Shown: positions 10,071-19,605 of the stretch, piece after piece
Layout of the letters: each line of letters begins with the position of its first letter
How positions within the stretch are numbered: the first letter of the stretch is position 1
Assembly: GCA_002011035.2 (NCBI GenBank)
Contig: MTLY02000003.1
Location: 416,001-480,000 of the forward strand
DNA length: 64,000 nt
Direction of reading: 5' to 3'
Source: Candidatus Hecatella orcuttiae
Lineage (GTDB): Archaea > Thermoproteota > Bathyarchaeia > Hecatellales > Hecatellaceae
The notes under the pieces: generated by a model
Seen by the model: only the letters and a program-made list of their open reading frames with translations
What the model was told of the DNA's origin: nothing
Database searches by the model: none
Position numbers and translations under genes: made by a program

Positions 10071-10547
10071 GTGCTACTGGTGAGGGTATATTTAGTTCAG
10101 CATGCCGAGGCCCTGCGGGAGGAGGAAGACCCGTCGAGGCCCCTGTCCCCAAAGGGCTTGGAAGACATCAGAAAGGTGGCGAAATACGCAGAGAAACACC
10201 TGCACATCACCGTAGGGCAGATACTCCACAGCGGAAAACTGCGAGCTAAGCAGACGGCTGAAATCCTGGCCGAACATCTTCGTCCCCCGAAAGGGGTGGA
10301 GGCGGCTGAAGGCTTTGAGCCCTCAGCTGACCCTCAGGTATGGGGAAACCGCCTCTCCGAAGCCGTGGAGAACCTTATGCTGGTGGGGCACCTCCCCCAC
10401 CTAGGTAAGCTTGCAGGTCTACTGCTCTGCGGAGACGAGGGCCGAGGGGCTGTGGCCTTCAAGACGGGCTGCATCCTATGTCTGGAGAAGGATGAGCGCG
10501 GCTGCTGGTCTATCCAGTGGCTGGTCACCCCTGAAATACTGCCCTAA
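10071..10547 (+). CDS. sixA: Phosphohistidine phosphatase SixA-like
   Basis: YLVQHAEA, RPLS, HSGKLRAKQTA, LVGHLPHL motifs. Confidence 0.85.
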   Translation: MLLVRVYLVQHAEALREEEDPSRPLSPKGLEDIRKVAKYAEKHLHITVGQILHSGKLRAKQTAEILAEHLRPPKGVEAAEGFEPSADPQVWGNRLSEAVENLMLVGHLPHLGKLAGLLLCGDEGRGAVAFKTGCILCLEKDERGCWSIQWLVTPEILP

Positions 10548-10561
10548 AAGGCTGAGTGAAA

Positions 10562-10945
10562 TCAGAGAATTTCAAACTTGACAGGTTCACCGTCCCGGTT
10601 GAAGACGGCTACATCCTCGAAACGGTAAGGGTATCCCACGATGACCATGATTCTCCCGTAGAAATTGTTCAAGTCTTCAGGCGACGGCTTCAGATGCCCG
10701 GAGGGGTGAGAATGGGCTACCCCTACGATGGAAGCGTCCATGGGAAGCGTGAAGAGGGGAAAACTTGAAAAGGCTCTTCCACGGCTGGCGAAGGGGGGTA
10801 TGACGATCTCCTCAACCATAATCCTATCCTTGGAGAGCTTTCCCCTCAGCAAGAGAATCCCCTCCTCTGGGTGTAAGTGGCGAGCGTAGTCCACAAGGCC
10901 TTGAACAACATCCCGGGCGATGAAAACAGCCTTACCCATCTTCAA
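10562..10945 (-). CDS. JAMM/MPN+ metalloprotease (Mov34 family)
   Basis: HPEE...HSHPSG-x4-PSPED JAMM motif. Confidence 0.88.
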   Translation of the reverse strand: MKMGKAVFIARDVVQGLVDYARHLHPEEGILLLRGKLSKDRIMVEEIVIPPFASRGRAFSSFPLFTLPMDASIVGVAHSHPSGHLKPSPEDLNNFYGRIMVIVGYPYRFEDVAVFNRDGEPVKFEIL

Positions 10946-11090
10946 GTTTCCCAGAGTTAAACATACATCATTCGAATTAGATTCTTAAAAATCTATGGCA
11001 GAAGGCTCTTGGTAGCAATAGCTATATTAAAGGTTAAGACAAGCCTTTACAGCTTATTTTAGGTTTCGAGGATTATCACCGCTTTTATAC

Positions 11091-11104
11091 GAAAAGTTTA
11101 TATA
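11091..11104 (+). promoter_or_regulatory. BRE-TATA promoter upstream of tfb
   Basis: GAAAAG followed by TTTATATA about 110 nt upstream of the tfb start; RBS GGAGGTGA at 11206-11213. Confidence 0.55.
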
Positions 11105-11216
11105 TTAGAAGTATAGATTATGACTTAAGGAATAAGTCGAGGCTCCTTCTATATAAGCTCCTCCTATTTCTCGATGGGAACGGAGTTTTAAGGACCGATG
11201 ACGACGGAGGTGAAAC

Positions 11217-12155
11217 GTGCAGATGGAAACATCGTCAAGAGAAGTAGGCGCCGGTAGGGAATCCCGCTGCCCCGAATGCGGCAGCACCCTGATAGTGGAG
11301 AGTGGCGAAACCGGCGAGGTTGTCTGCGGCAACTGCGGCTTGGTGTTGAATGAGGTATCCTACGACAGGGGGCCTGAGTGGAGAGCCTTCACCCCGGAGG
11401 AGAAAGCTGGGAAAAGCCGGGTGGGTGGACCCGTTTCCATCCTTCAAGCTGATAAAGGTTTACCTACGGTGATAGACAAGGTTGGCAAGGATGCCTTCGG
11501 AAGGAAGGTTGACCTGCCAACCCGGAGGCAGATGCTCCGTCTCAGAAAATGGCAGACCAGAACCCAGTACCAGTCTCCTGTGGAGAGAAATCTCCTCCAA
11601 GCTTTAGCCGAACTGGACAGGCTTGCGGATAAACTTCACATCCCCGAAGATCTCCAAGAAGAGGCGGCTGAAATCTACCGAAAAGCCTTAGATAAAGGGC
11701 TGGTGCGAGGGCGCTCCATATCAGCCATCGTAGCTGCAGCCCTCTACGCAGCCTGCCGAGCGTACTCAAAGCCGCGTTCGTTGAAGGAAATAGCCTCGGT
11801 GAGCAGGGTTAAAAAGAAGGACATAGCTCGCTGCTACCGTCTTCTTCTGCAGGAGATAGACTTGAAGATGCCCATTCCTGACCCGAGGAACTACATTTCC
11901 AAGATAGCCACGAAGGCCAACATTCCGGAGAAAACGCGAACCAAGGCCATTCAGCTTCTCAGCGAAGCTGAAGAGAAAAATGCCATCGTAGGCAAAGACC
12001 CCGTAGGCTTGGCGGCTGCAGCCCTCTACATCGCCTGCGTCCTCACAGGGGAGAAAGAAACCCAAAAGGATATAGCTGAAGCCGCGGGTGTCACGGAGGT
12101 TACGGTGAGAAACCGTTACAAAGGGCTGAAGGAAGCCTTCAACCTCAACGTCTGA
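11217..12155 (+). CDS. tfb: Transcription initiation factor IIB
   Basis: Zn ribbon CPECG...CGNCG, GPEWRAF, two cyclin repeats, GVTEVTVRNRYK. Confidence 0.97.
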   Translation: MQMETSSREVGAGRESRCPECGSTLIVESGETGEVVCGNCGLVLNEVSYDRGPEWRAFTPEEKAGKSRVGGPVSILQADKGLPTVIDKVGKDAFGRKVDLPTRRQMLRLRKWQTRTQYQSPVERNLLQALAELDRLADKLHIPEDLQEEAAEIYRKALDKGLVRGRSISAIVAAALYAACRAYSKPRSLKEIASVSRVKKKDIARCYRLLLQEIDLKMPIPDPRNYISKIATKANIPEKTRTKAIQLLSEAEEKNAIVGKDPVGLAAAALYIACVLTGEKETQKDIAEAAGVTEVTVRNRYKGLKEAFNLNV

Positions 12156-12185
12156 CCGAAGAGACGACAACGCGGCCGGAAGCCT

Positions 12186-12863
12186 TCAAGGCAACTTTTT
12201 CTTAAGGTTAATGACTCTATCGGCTAGTTTAGCCATTTTTCTTCTATGCGTTGTGGCCAGTAGGGTTTTTCCTTTCAGGATTTTTCCCTTGAAAGAGGCT
12301 ACCATCATATCCTCGGTGAGGGGATCGAGGAAGTCCGTGGGTTCATCTAAAAGCAGAATCTCAGGATCGGAAATCATCGCCCTAGCGTAGGATACCATGC
12401 GGTTTTCTCCAACGCTGAGAGTTGCAACCTTCCGGTGGACGTAGTTAGAAATCCAGAAGCTCTCCAAAACCTCCTCCACGCGTCTTCTCCGTTCATCCCG
12501 GCTCATCCCCAAAAATACTAGGGGAAGTTCCAGGTTTTCGTAAACCGTTAAAGAAGGGATGAGGTTAGATACTTGGAAGACAACCCCCAGCTTTCTCCGC
12601 CTTAACTTTGAAACAACGTCCTCAGGAAGCTTCGTTATGTTCACTCCGTCGACGTAGATGTTTCCAGCTTGAGGCCTGTCCAAACCTGCAACCAAGTTTA
12701 TCAAGGTCGTTTTCCCGCATCCGGTGGGGCCTACGACGGCGAGAAATTCGCCTTTTTTCACCTCGAAGGATACGTCCTCAAACACTGGGAAAGATTTCCC
12801 ATGCCCGTCGTAGACTTTCCTCACATGCTCCACACGGATGGCGGAGTTACTCGACATGGGCAA
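12186..12863 (-). CDS. ABC transporter ATP-binding protein (LolD/MacB/FtsE-like)
   Basis: Walker A GPTGCGKT, Q-loop, variant signature LSVGE, Walker B LLLDEPT, H-switch TTH. Confidence 0.88.
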   Translation of the reverse strand: MPMSSNSAIRVEHVRKVYDGHGKSFPVFEDVSFEVKKGEFLAVVGPTGCGKTTLINLVAGLDRPQAGNIYVDGVNITKLPEDVVSKLRRRKLGVVFQVSNLIPSLTVYENLELPLVFLGMSRDERRRRVEEVLESFWISNYVHRKVATLSVGENRMVSYARAMISDPEILLLDEPTDFLDPLTEDMMVASFKGKILKGKTLLATTHRRKMAKLADRVINLKKKLP

Positions 12864-13365
12864 ATATCTCCGCAGTCATTCGGTGAGATTTTTTCCACAC
12901 AGAATATGCTCCGAGAGCGGCTCCCGTAAAAATCCCCAGCAGGCTGAAGAGGAGAGCGAACCCCAAGGCTTCTGCCAGCGTCAGGAGGCTCCAGCCTTTC
13001 AAAGGCAGCAAAGCCGGCAACAGAACTAGGAGGCTTACCCCCACCAGCAGCCCTAGAAGGGCTCCTAAAAGCCCTGTGAGGAAGAGTTCGATCATGAAAG
13101 AGAGGGTAATGGTCTCCCTAGTGGCGCCCAACGCCTTGTACACGCCTAGGTCGTAGTCAACCCGGTCGGCTAGGTGGAGCATGGTAGCTGAGAGGGCTAC
13201 GATGGTCAAGATGAGGATGGAAGCCGCTGTAATGACGGCGCCCCACCCTTGAACCAGCATGGACAGAACCATGAAATCCGCTACAACGACGGCTAGAATT
13301 CCGATTATGAGTTTAACCTTAACCCACGTGGTTTGGAAACGTTTTAAAGCTAACCAAAGAGACAT
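12847..13365 (-). CDS. Minimal FtsX-like ABC permease
   Basis: About 4 TM segments with DLGVYKALGAT...SFMIE motif of the FtsX/MacB core; overlaps the ATPase gene. Confidence 0.7.
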   Translation of the reverse strand: MSLWLALKRFQTTWVKVKLIIGILAVVVADFMVLSMLVQGWGAVITAASILILTIVALSATMLHLADRVDYDLGVYKALGATRETITLSFMIELFLTGLLGALLGLLVGVSLLVLLPALLPLKGWSLLTLAEALGFALLFSLLGIFTGAALGAYSVWKKSHRMTAEIFAHVE

Positions 13366-13460
13366 GGAGTTCCCCCGACTTCCGCGGGGATACTAGGAAA
13401 GCCTAAAAAATGGATGTTTGGTTTGCGCGAACATCTGCAACATATTCAAGACGGAATGTT

Positions 13461-14138
13461 TCACTCTTCGTCAGTTTGGAGACGTACGACGAGGGGTTCC
13501 GCGGGGCTTCTCTCCTCTTTTACCTCAAGTTTCGGATATTCTTGGTTTTGGGGGACGGTTAAAGAGTTTAAGGTGGCTTCTATGTCTCTCTTCTCGTTTA
13601 TCGTGCTGTTGATCACCGATATCAAGTAGTCGCTGGCAAGCTTGTAGGTTTCGTCGCCCAGCTCTCCGGTTTTATGCTGAACCTTGAGGTGGCCTAGAAA
13701 TCTTTCCAAGTTTTTAACATGGTGTTCCAAGTCGGAGATTTTTCTGTTCAGAGACTCTATCAGGTTTTTATGGGCTTCTTCAAGCTTGGTCAAAGAGTCT
13801 TTATATTGCTGGCAAAGTTCTTCGTAGACATGGCTTGGGATCTCCTGGCTCTTCAAAAGCTCATCCAACGCTCGAAAACGACGCTGGGTTAAGTCGTTGT
13901 CTTTTTTGAAGTTTTCCGCTTCAATCTTCCATGAAGGCACTAGAATCAACGTATCGCCTTCGACTATTATCTGCGCTCTGGAGAACTCTTCAAAGCTTCC
14001 TCCTCGGTCAACTCCCACCGAATGAAGCTGCCCATCTGGGTCTAATGTCACACCTACCACGTAGCCTATGTACCGTCTGTAGGTGTCCCTCGCCGGTTTC
14101 CCTATGAACCTTTGAAGGGCTTCATATTGAAGACTCAA
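13461..14138 (-). CDS. cdvA: CdvA-like cell division protein
   Basis: N-terminal PRC-barrel-like FIGKPARDTYRRYIGYVVG...ILVPSWK, long coiled coil (RFRALDELL, GELGDETYK), C-terminal EPLVVRL strand. Confidence 0.8.
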   Translation of the reverse strand: MSLQYEALQRFIGKPARDTYRRYIGYVVGVTLDPDGQLHSVGVDRGGSFEEFSRAQIIVEGDTLILVPSWKIEAENFKKDNDLTQRRFRALDELLKSQEIPSHVYEELCQQYKDSLTKLEEAHKNLIESLNRKISDLEHHVKNLERFLGHLKVQHKTGELGDETYKLASDYLISVINSTINEKRDIEATLNSLTVPQNQEYPKLEVKEERSPAEPLVVRLQTDEE

Positions 14139-14166
14139 CTGTCATCTCTCCCAGATTTTCTGAGAT

Positions 14167-14460
14167 TTAAAACAGTCTTCTCAGCTTATCGAAGAAGGAC
14201 TCCTTCTTAGGCGCGTCGTTGGACTGTGGGGAGATGGCTGTTTCGCCGGTGGTTGCTACTTCCACCATCGGTGATGGTTCTGAAACAGCGGGTGTCTCTT
14301 CTAGTTTTACGGCTTTCCTGAATTTATGTCCGCAGCTTCGGCAAGCGTATAGGGTGACTCGCATGGCTCTGCCTTTCCCGGATTTGGGCTTTACATCCCA
14401 CGACTTGTTGATGTTCAACTCTTCTCCTTTACATCGAGGACATACGGTCAACGATTTCAC
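14167..14460 (-). CDS. Cren7-like Zn-ribbon protein with low-complexity linker and C-terminal amphipathic helix
   Basis: CPRC...KSWDVKPKSGKG...LYACRSCGHKFR resembles the Cren7 core (KxWxLxPKG..G...LFxxPxxGxxFR); tail KKESFFDKLRRLF. Confidence 0.6.
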   Translation of the reverse strand: MKSLTVCPRCKGEELNINKSWDVKPKSGKGRAMRVTLYACRSCGHKFRKAVKLEETPAVSEPSPMVEVATTGETAISPQSNDAPKKESFFDKLRRLF

Positions 14461-14840
14461 CGCAAGTGTCTTCAGTGAAATAAAAATTAAGATTTACGTG
14501 TTGGATAAACTTCTAAATGGGCTTGAAAAGACCTTCGGGGAGCGTTAAACTTTGAAATGATATACATATTAGACTAAATGAAGCGCTGATTAAGCTTGTT
14601 GAATAAAAGAAACGTGTAAAAAAGAACGCTGGCAAAAGCCTTTATCGACGTTTTCAACGGGATTTTACCCGAAATATCGAGTAAAAAAGCGGTTTTTCCT
14701 TAAACATCCCCTTCAAGAGAAGATTGAATGAGGTTTACTATAAGATTCTGGATCAAAGTGTTTATTTTCCTCGCGAAAAGAAGGGCTTATTAAGGTTTCA
14801 TGGAAATAGAAAACCGTTCAGCCTTCGCGGGGAAGTTTCC

Positions 14841-16019
14841 TTGAAAAGAGTGTATCTGGACTACGCTGCATCCTCACCGGTAGATCCTCGAGTTGTTGAG
14901 GAAATGCAACCCTACTTCGGTAAAACCTTCGGCAACCCCTCCTCAGTTCACAGTTTCGGCTTAGAATCCAAGGAAGCCTTAGAACAAGCTAGGTCTAGGG
15001 TTGCCCAGTTGATAAGAGCGGAAAGCGCTGAGGAAATCATCTTTACCTCCGGGGGGACAGAGTCGAACAACCTAGCTGTACTGGGAGTGGCCTATCGAAA
15101 CAGAAACCGGGGAAACCATATCATCACCTCTACCGCCGAGCATATTTCCATCATGAACTTGGCTAAGCATCTTCAAAAGCTGGGTTTCCAGGTTACCTAC
15201 GTCCCCGTGGACAGGTATGGGGTGGTGGACGTGGGGAAGCTGGGAGAAGCGATCACCGACAAGACCATTCTCATTTCTCTGGCCTACGCCAACGGGGAGA
15301 TAGGCACTATTCAGCCTGTCAGGGAGATAGGGAAAATCGCCAGAGACCGCGGAGTATACTTTCACGCGGACGCCGTGGCAGCCAACGGGAAAATACCCAT
15401 CGACGTAGTCGAAGACCAAGTTGACCTTCTATCCCTTTCTTCCAACGACCTTTACGGCCCTAAAGGAGTGGGAGCGCTGTATGTGCGCAAAGGGGTGAGA
15501 ATCGAACCTATCATCTTCGGAGGAGGCCAAGAGAGAGGGTTAAGGTCCGGAACGGAGAACATTCCCAACATCGTGGGAATGGGTAAGGCTGCGGAAATCG
15601 CCGGGCAGGAGATGGGGTCTGAAGGAAAACGGCTCAGCGGGCTTCGAGACAGGCTTATCAAAAGCATCCTTGAGCAGGTAAAGGAGTCCTATCTGAACGG
15701 TCACCCTACTCGGAGGCTGCCTAACAATGTCCACCTCAGATTCAGCTACATTGAGGGAGAAGCCATGCTTCTAAGCTTGGACATGGAAGGCATAGCGGCC
15801 TCCACAGGCTCCGCCTGCACCTCCAAAACCCTTGAACCCTCCCATGTCCTGAAGGCCATAGGTCTGGCTCACGAGGAAGCCCACGGCTCTTTGCTGCTTA
15901 CCTTGGGGAGGTGGACGGTGGAGGAGGATGTGGACTACGCCGTCCAAGTCATACCCGGCGTGGTGGAGAGACTGAGGCGGATGTCCCCTCTGACCCCGAA
16001 GGACTTTTGGTCCGATTAG
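14841..16019 (+). CDS. iscS: Cysteine desulfurase IscS/NifS
   Basis: VYLDYAA, FGNPSS, FTSGGTESNN, YGPKG, RSGTEN, STGSAC; start placed at TTG 14841. Confidence 0.92.
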   Translation: MKRVYLDYAASSPVDPRVVEEMQPYFGKTFGNPSSVHSFGLESKEALEQARSRVAQLIRAESAEEIIFTSGGTESNNLAVLGVAYRNRNRGNHIITSTAEHISIMNLAKHLQKLGFQVTYVPVDRYGVVDVGKLGEAITDKTILISLAYANGEIGTIQPVREIGKIARDRGVYFHADAVAANGKIPIDVVEDQVDLLSLSSNDLYGPKGVGALYVRKGVRIEPIIFGGGQERGLRSGTENIPNIVGMGKAAEIAGQEMGSEGKRLSGLRDRLIKSILEQVKESYLNGHPTRRLPNNVHLRFSYIEGEAMLLSLDMEGIAASTGSACTSKTLEPSHVLKAIGLAHEEAHGSLLLTLGRWTVEEDVDYAVQVIPGVVERLRRMSPLTPKDFWSD

Positions 16020-16702
16020 GCTAGAAGATTTTCCAAAGCCTCTTCAGACAGCCTGTTCAGTCGAACTACCTTATCTGGAGCTTTTTTTCTCACGATGAAT
16101 CCAGCTAGGTCCAGCACCTTCCACGCCTTCTGGATGATGACTGAATCGCTGCTAGCCGCCAGTCTAGACCAAGCCAGTACGGAGGTGTCCCCTCTTCTAA
16201 CAGCCGTCGCGTCGCCCTCGAGTCCCCATGCCGCGAGAACCCTCCGGGTGAGGGCGGCTAATTCTCCGCTGCGGCTCAGCTGGGAGTCGTAGAACACTTT
16301 AACCGCTCCGATTCGGAGGCTTTTCAGGGTTTCCGCCATCAGGTTTAAAGCCTTCTCGGTCGCTGGGTTGATCCTGTATCTCCGGTGGACTTCCGAAAGG
16401 TCTCGGATAAACCCGTCATCGCAGTAAACCAGAAGCTTGCCTTGGAGGAAGCTCTCCAAGGTTATCAGGTTGTTGTAGCCGTCCACAGCCAACCTTCGAC
16501 CTTTCACAGCTTTAACGTCGGCCTGTTTTCTCCTCCGCGCAGCCGCTTCCTTTTTTCCGTAAACGCAGCGGTGGAGAAGAAGTCTTTCTTTCCCTGTCAG
16601 CTGATACCTGTCTCCGACGAATCTGAGAATGCTATCCCTCCGGTAGCCTCGGTCTGAGAACAGCCTAAAATCTTCGATGGCGCTTTTGATCCTTTTCTCC
16701 AA
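16016..16702 (-). CDS. DUF434-family protein
   Basis: DRGY...FVGDRYQL...LHRCV, VDGYNNLIT, DDGFIRDL, SRSGELA. Confidence 0.8.
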   Translation of the reverse strand: MEKRIKSAIEDFRLFSDRGYRRDSILRFVGDRYQLTGKERLLLHRCVYGKKEAAARRRKQADVKAVKGRRLAVDGYNNLITLESFLQGKLLVYCDDGFIRDLSEVHRRYRINPATEKALNLMAETLKSLRIGAVKVFYDSQLSRSGELAALTRRVLAAWGLEGDATAVRRGDTSVLAWSRLAASSDSVIIQKAWKVLDLAGFIVRKKAPDKVVRLNRLSEEALENLLA

Positions 16703-16716
16703 TCTTCAACCACAAA

Positions 16717-19605
16717 CTATTTCACGTAGATTCCCGGCCTGTAGGGCTCTGAAAGCGCGGCTTTCCGCTGGGGGTCGTAGGCTTCGGGGTCATCTGCCCT
16801 GTAAACAGCCACGGGGCAGCGGAACTCCTTTTCCAGAAAGGGCTTAGCCTCCTCCAAGTACGCCTTTTCATCCAGTTTACCGAGGAGAAGCCTCTTCTTC
16901 CGCATCTCCTCCGGCAGCTTAACCACCGCCTCTAAGGTCTTGTTTACAAACTTGGCGGCGGAGGCTCCTTTCTCTCGGAGGCTAGGCCTCGCCATCAACT
17001 CCCTGATTAGTGTTCCTCTTTCTTTCAGGTTTCCCCTCTTCAAGGCTTCTAGGTAGATTTCCCACTTCCACGGCTCCGCGGTGTAGTAGCAGATTTTTTT
17101 AGGTTTGATTTCCGTGACTTTGAGGATGTGCCGCGTGTCCTCCACCATAATCTTGATGGTGTTTTCCACCTCCTCAGCCTCCGCGTCTATCTTCTCCTCC
17201 CTGCAGGTAGGCCAGGGAAGGGTCGCTGCGAAGGGTTTCTTCCCCATGGTTTCCCATACTTCCTCGCAGGTGTGAGGTATAAAAGGCGTCAGCAGCCTAA
17301 TCCAAACTTCCACGGCCTCCCTCAGAGTAGGCTGATGGAAAAGGCTGTTCCTCCTCATGTACCAGCGGAGGTCGTTCCACACCTCGTAAAAGGCTGTTTC
17401 CAAGGCAGTTCTGGTCTTCAGGGCTTCCAAAGCCTTGGTAACCTTTTCCACCCGCCTGTTGAGGGTGCTTATCAGCCACCTCTCAACCCGCCCCGGAGTT
17501 TCTTTCCCCCTCAGCGCTCGGGCGGCGAGGACGAACTTGTGGAAGGCTTGAAGGTGGGCTTTCACTTCCTTGAGGCTGCTGGCCCGCCAGTCCGGGTCGT
17601 CCATGCCTTCAGCGGCCAAAAGCACAGCGCACCGAGTCGCGTCAGCTCCATGCTCCTCCACAGCCTTCCGCAGGGGGATGAAGTTTCCTTTGGACTTGTG
17701 CATCTCCTCCCCCTCTACCCGCATGAACCCGTTGACCCCGATGGCCTTAGGCCAGTGCTCCGGGGGAAACAACGCCGCGTGGTGGAAAATGTAGAAAGTG
17801 AGATGATTGGGAACGAGGTCCTTCCCCGAATTTCTCAGGTCCACAGGATACCAGTAGAGGAATTCCCTTCTCATGGCATCCAGAGTCTCAGGGCGTAGTC
17901 CTACCTTTCCAGCCGTCTCAAGGAGTTTCCCTTTTCCGTAGAAGATGTAGTCGAAAACTTCCTCGGTTAACTGTTCGGGGGCGATGTTCTCCTGTTGGAT
18001 ATACTTGTTCACTGTGTAGAAGGCTGGGTAGACCGTGGAGTCGCTTAGGGTTTCCACAATCCAGTCGGAAGCCCAAGGCAGTGGGGTGCCCAGCCCTGTC
18101 TTCCTGGCGCAAGCCCAGTCGTGAAGCCATTCGATGACAGCTTCAAACCAGCGTCTTGCATCCTCAGGGTAGACTTGCAGCTTGGACAAAAGCTCTCGGG
18201 CTTTTTTCTTCCATTCGGGGTTGGAGTAGTTTAGGAACCATTGGTCACGGAGAATCTTAATGGTGCAGGGAGTGGTGCAGCGGCAGACCACAGGCTGGGG
18301 TAGGTCGTACATGGCGTCGGCTATCTGTTTTTCCTTAAATTCTTGGGTAAGTCTCTCTTTCACCTCCGCGACGCTTCGACCCGCATAGGAGCCGCAGTTT
18401 TCCTTCAAAACTCCCTTGTGAAACTCTCTCTTGTAGACGAGTTGGGTGGCTTCCTCGGCCTTAGGGTCCTTTTGGTCTTTCACCCCCAACCGGTCTACGG
18501 CTTCTAAAGCTGGGTATTCTCCGAAGCCTTCCACCTTTATGATGGAAATGGGTTTAATCCTCTTCACATTTTCAGCCTTCATTCCAAACCTTTCCAGCAT
18601 GGCTGGGTTTTCTTGCAGGTCTTTCAAAGCCAGCCAGTCGTAGGGGGCGTGGGCTGGAACGCTGTAAACAACTCCGGAAGCGTCCTCCGGGTTTACAAAC
18701 CAGCCGGGAAGGAGGGGAAGCTCTCTCCCCATCAGAGGGTCGAGGCATTTTTTGCCGAGAAGCTGGGCGCCCTTAAACTCTTTCAGGATTTCAACTTCTC
18801 TCAACTGTTCCCGCAGTTTTTCCGCTGCTCTTTTGCTGATGATCCAGTGTTCCCCGTTTACAGAGGCTTCCACGTAGTCGGCTTCCGGGTTCAGCCAGAG
18901 GTTCGTCGCCCCGAAGATGGTCTCAGGCCTAAAGGTAGCAGCGGGAAGGTAGGCTCCGTTCATCTTGAATTTTATCAGCACGTATTCTTCGGGGGTTACA
19001 CCGCTTCCCTCCAGCCTGTCTGCTTCCCCGGTAGGGCTTTGACATTTGGGACACCAAACAACCGGATGGGTGCCTTTGACCACGTAGTTGCCTTCTTTCA
19101 ACTTCCTGTACTGCCAGTCCACGAAGCGGCTGAAGAAAGGGTGGAAGGAGGTGGTGTGAAACTCCCTCCTCCAGTCGATGGACAAGCCCAGTTTCTTCAC
19201 CGCTTCCCTGTTGTATTCGGTATAATACTTGGCCATGTAAACCGGGTCGGCGAACTTTTTCAGCTCCTCCTCAGGAACCCGGTCTACAACCTTCAAGGCT
19301 TGGATGAACTTCTCATCTCCAAGTTTGATTCGCTCAGAGGCTCCGGCCACAGTTTCACCAGTCCAGTGCCACGCCCAGGGGAAAAGCACGTTGAAGCCTT
19401 GCATTCGCTTGAAGCGGGCTATCACATCCACCCTGGAGCCGGTGTAGCCGTGACCTACGTGAAGCGGACCGCTCATGTAGGGGTAGGGGAAAGTTATAAA
19501 AAACTTGGGCTTTGAAGGGTCAGGGTCAGCCTCGAAAATCTTAGCTTCCCTCCACCGGCTCTGCCATTTTTCCTCCACAGCCTTCCACACTTTCTCCCAG
19601 CTCAT
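16717..19605 (-). CDS. leuS: Leucine-tRNA ligase (archaeal type)
   Basis: FPYPYMSGPLHVGH, ATFRPET, SGKDLVPNHL, MHKSKGN, PYRPGIY. Confidence 0.97.
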   Translation of the reverse strand: MSWEKVWKAVEEKWQSRWREAKIFEADPDPSKPKFFITFPYPYMSGPLHVGHGYTGSRVDVIARFKRMQGFNVLFPWAWHWTGETVAGASERIKLGDEKFIQALKVVDRVPEEELKKFADPVYMAKYYTEYNREAVKKLGLSIDWRREFHTTSFHPFFSRFVDWQYRKLKEGNYVVKGTHPVVWCPKCQSPTGEADRLEGSGVTPEEYVLIKFKMNGAYLPAATFRPETIFGATNLWLNPEADYVEASVNGEHWIISKRAAEKLREQLREVEILKEFKGAQLLGKKCLDPLMGRELPLLPGWFVNPEDASGVVYSVPAHAPYDWLALKDLQENPAMLERFGMKAENVKRIKPISIIKVEGFGEYPALEAVDRLGVKDQKDPKAEEATQLVYKREFHKGVLKENCGSYAGRSVAEVKERLTQEFKEKQIADAMYDLPQPVVCRCTTPCTIKILRDQWFLNYSNPEWKKKARELLSKLQVYPEDARRWFEAVIEWLHDWACARKTGLGTPLPWASDWIVETLSDSTVYPAFYTVNKYIQQENIAPEQLTEEVFDYIFYGKGKLLETAGKVGLRPETLDAMRREFLYWYPVDLRNSGKDLVPNHLTFYIFHHAALFPPEHWPKAIGVNGFMRVEGEEMHKSKGNFIPLRKAVEEHGADATRCAVLLAAEGMDDPDWRASSLKEVKAHLQAFHKFVLAARALRGKETPGRVERWLISTLNRRVEKVTKALEALKTRTALETAFYEVWNDLRWYMRRNSLFHQPTLREAVEVWIRLLTPFIPHTCEEVWETMGKKPFAATLPWPTCREEKIDAEAEEVENTIKIMVEDTRHILKVTEIKPKKICYYTAEPWKWEIYLEALKRGNLKERGTLIRELMARPSLREKGASAAKFVNKTLEAVVKLPEEMRKKRLLLGKLDEKAYLEEAKPFLEKEFRCPVAVYRADDPEAYDPQRKAALSEPYRPGIYVK

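Noticed and set aside
14461-14840. Long AT-rich intergenic region as a possible replication origin (GTTTCATGGAAA resembles a mini-ORB)
   Set aside because: Single weak match, no G-string, no cdc6/orc1 nearby; divergent promoters explain it.
17128-19515. Long plus-strand ORFs (256 and 300 aa) inside leuS
   Set aside because: Antisense to a conserved essential gene; typical shadow ORFs.
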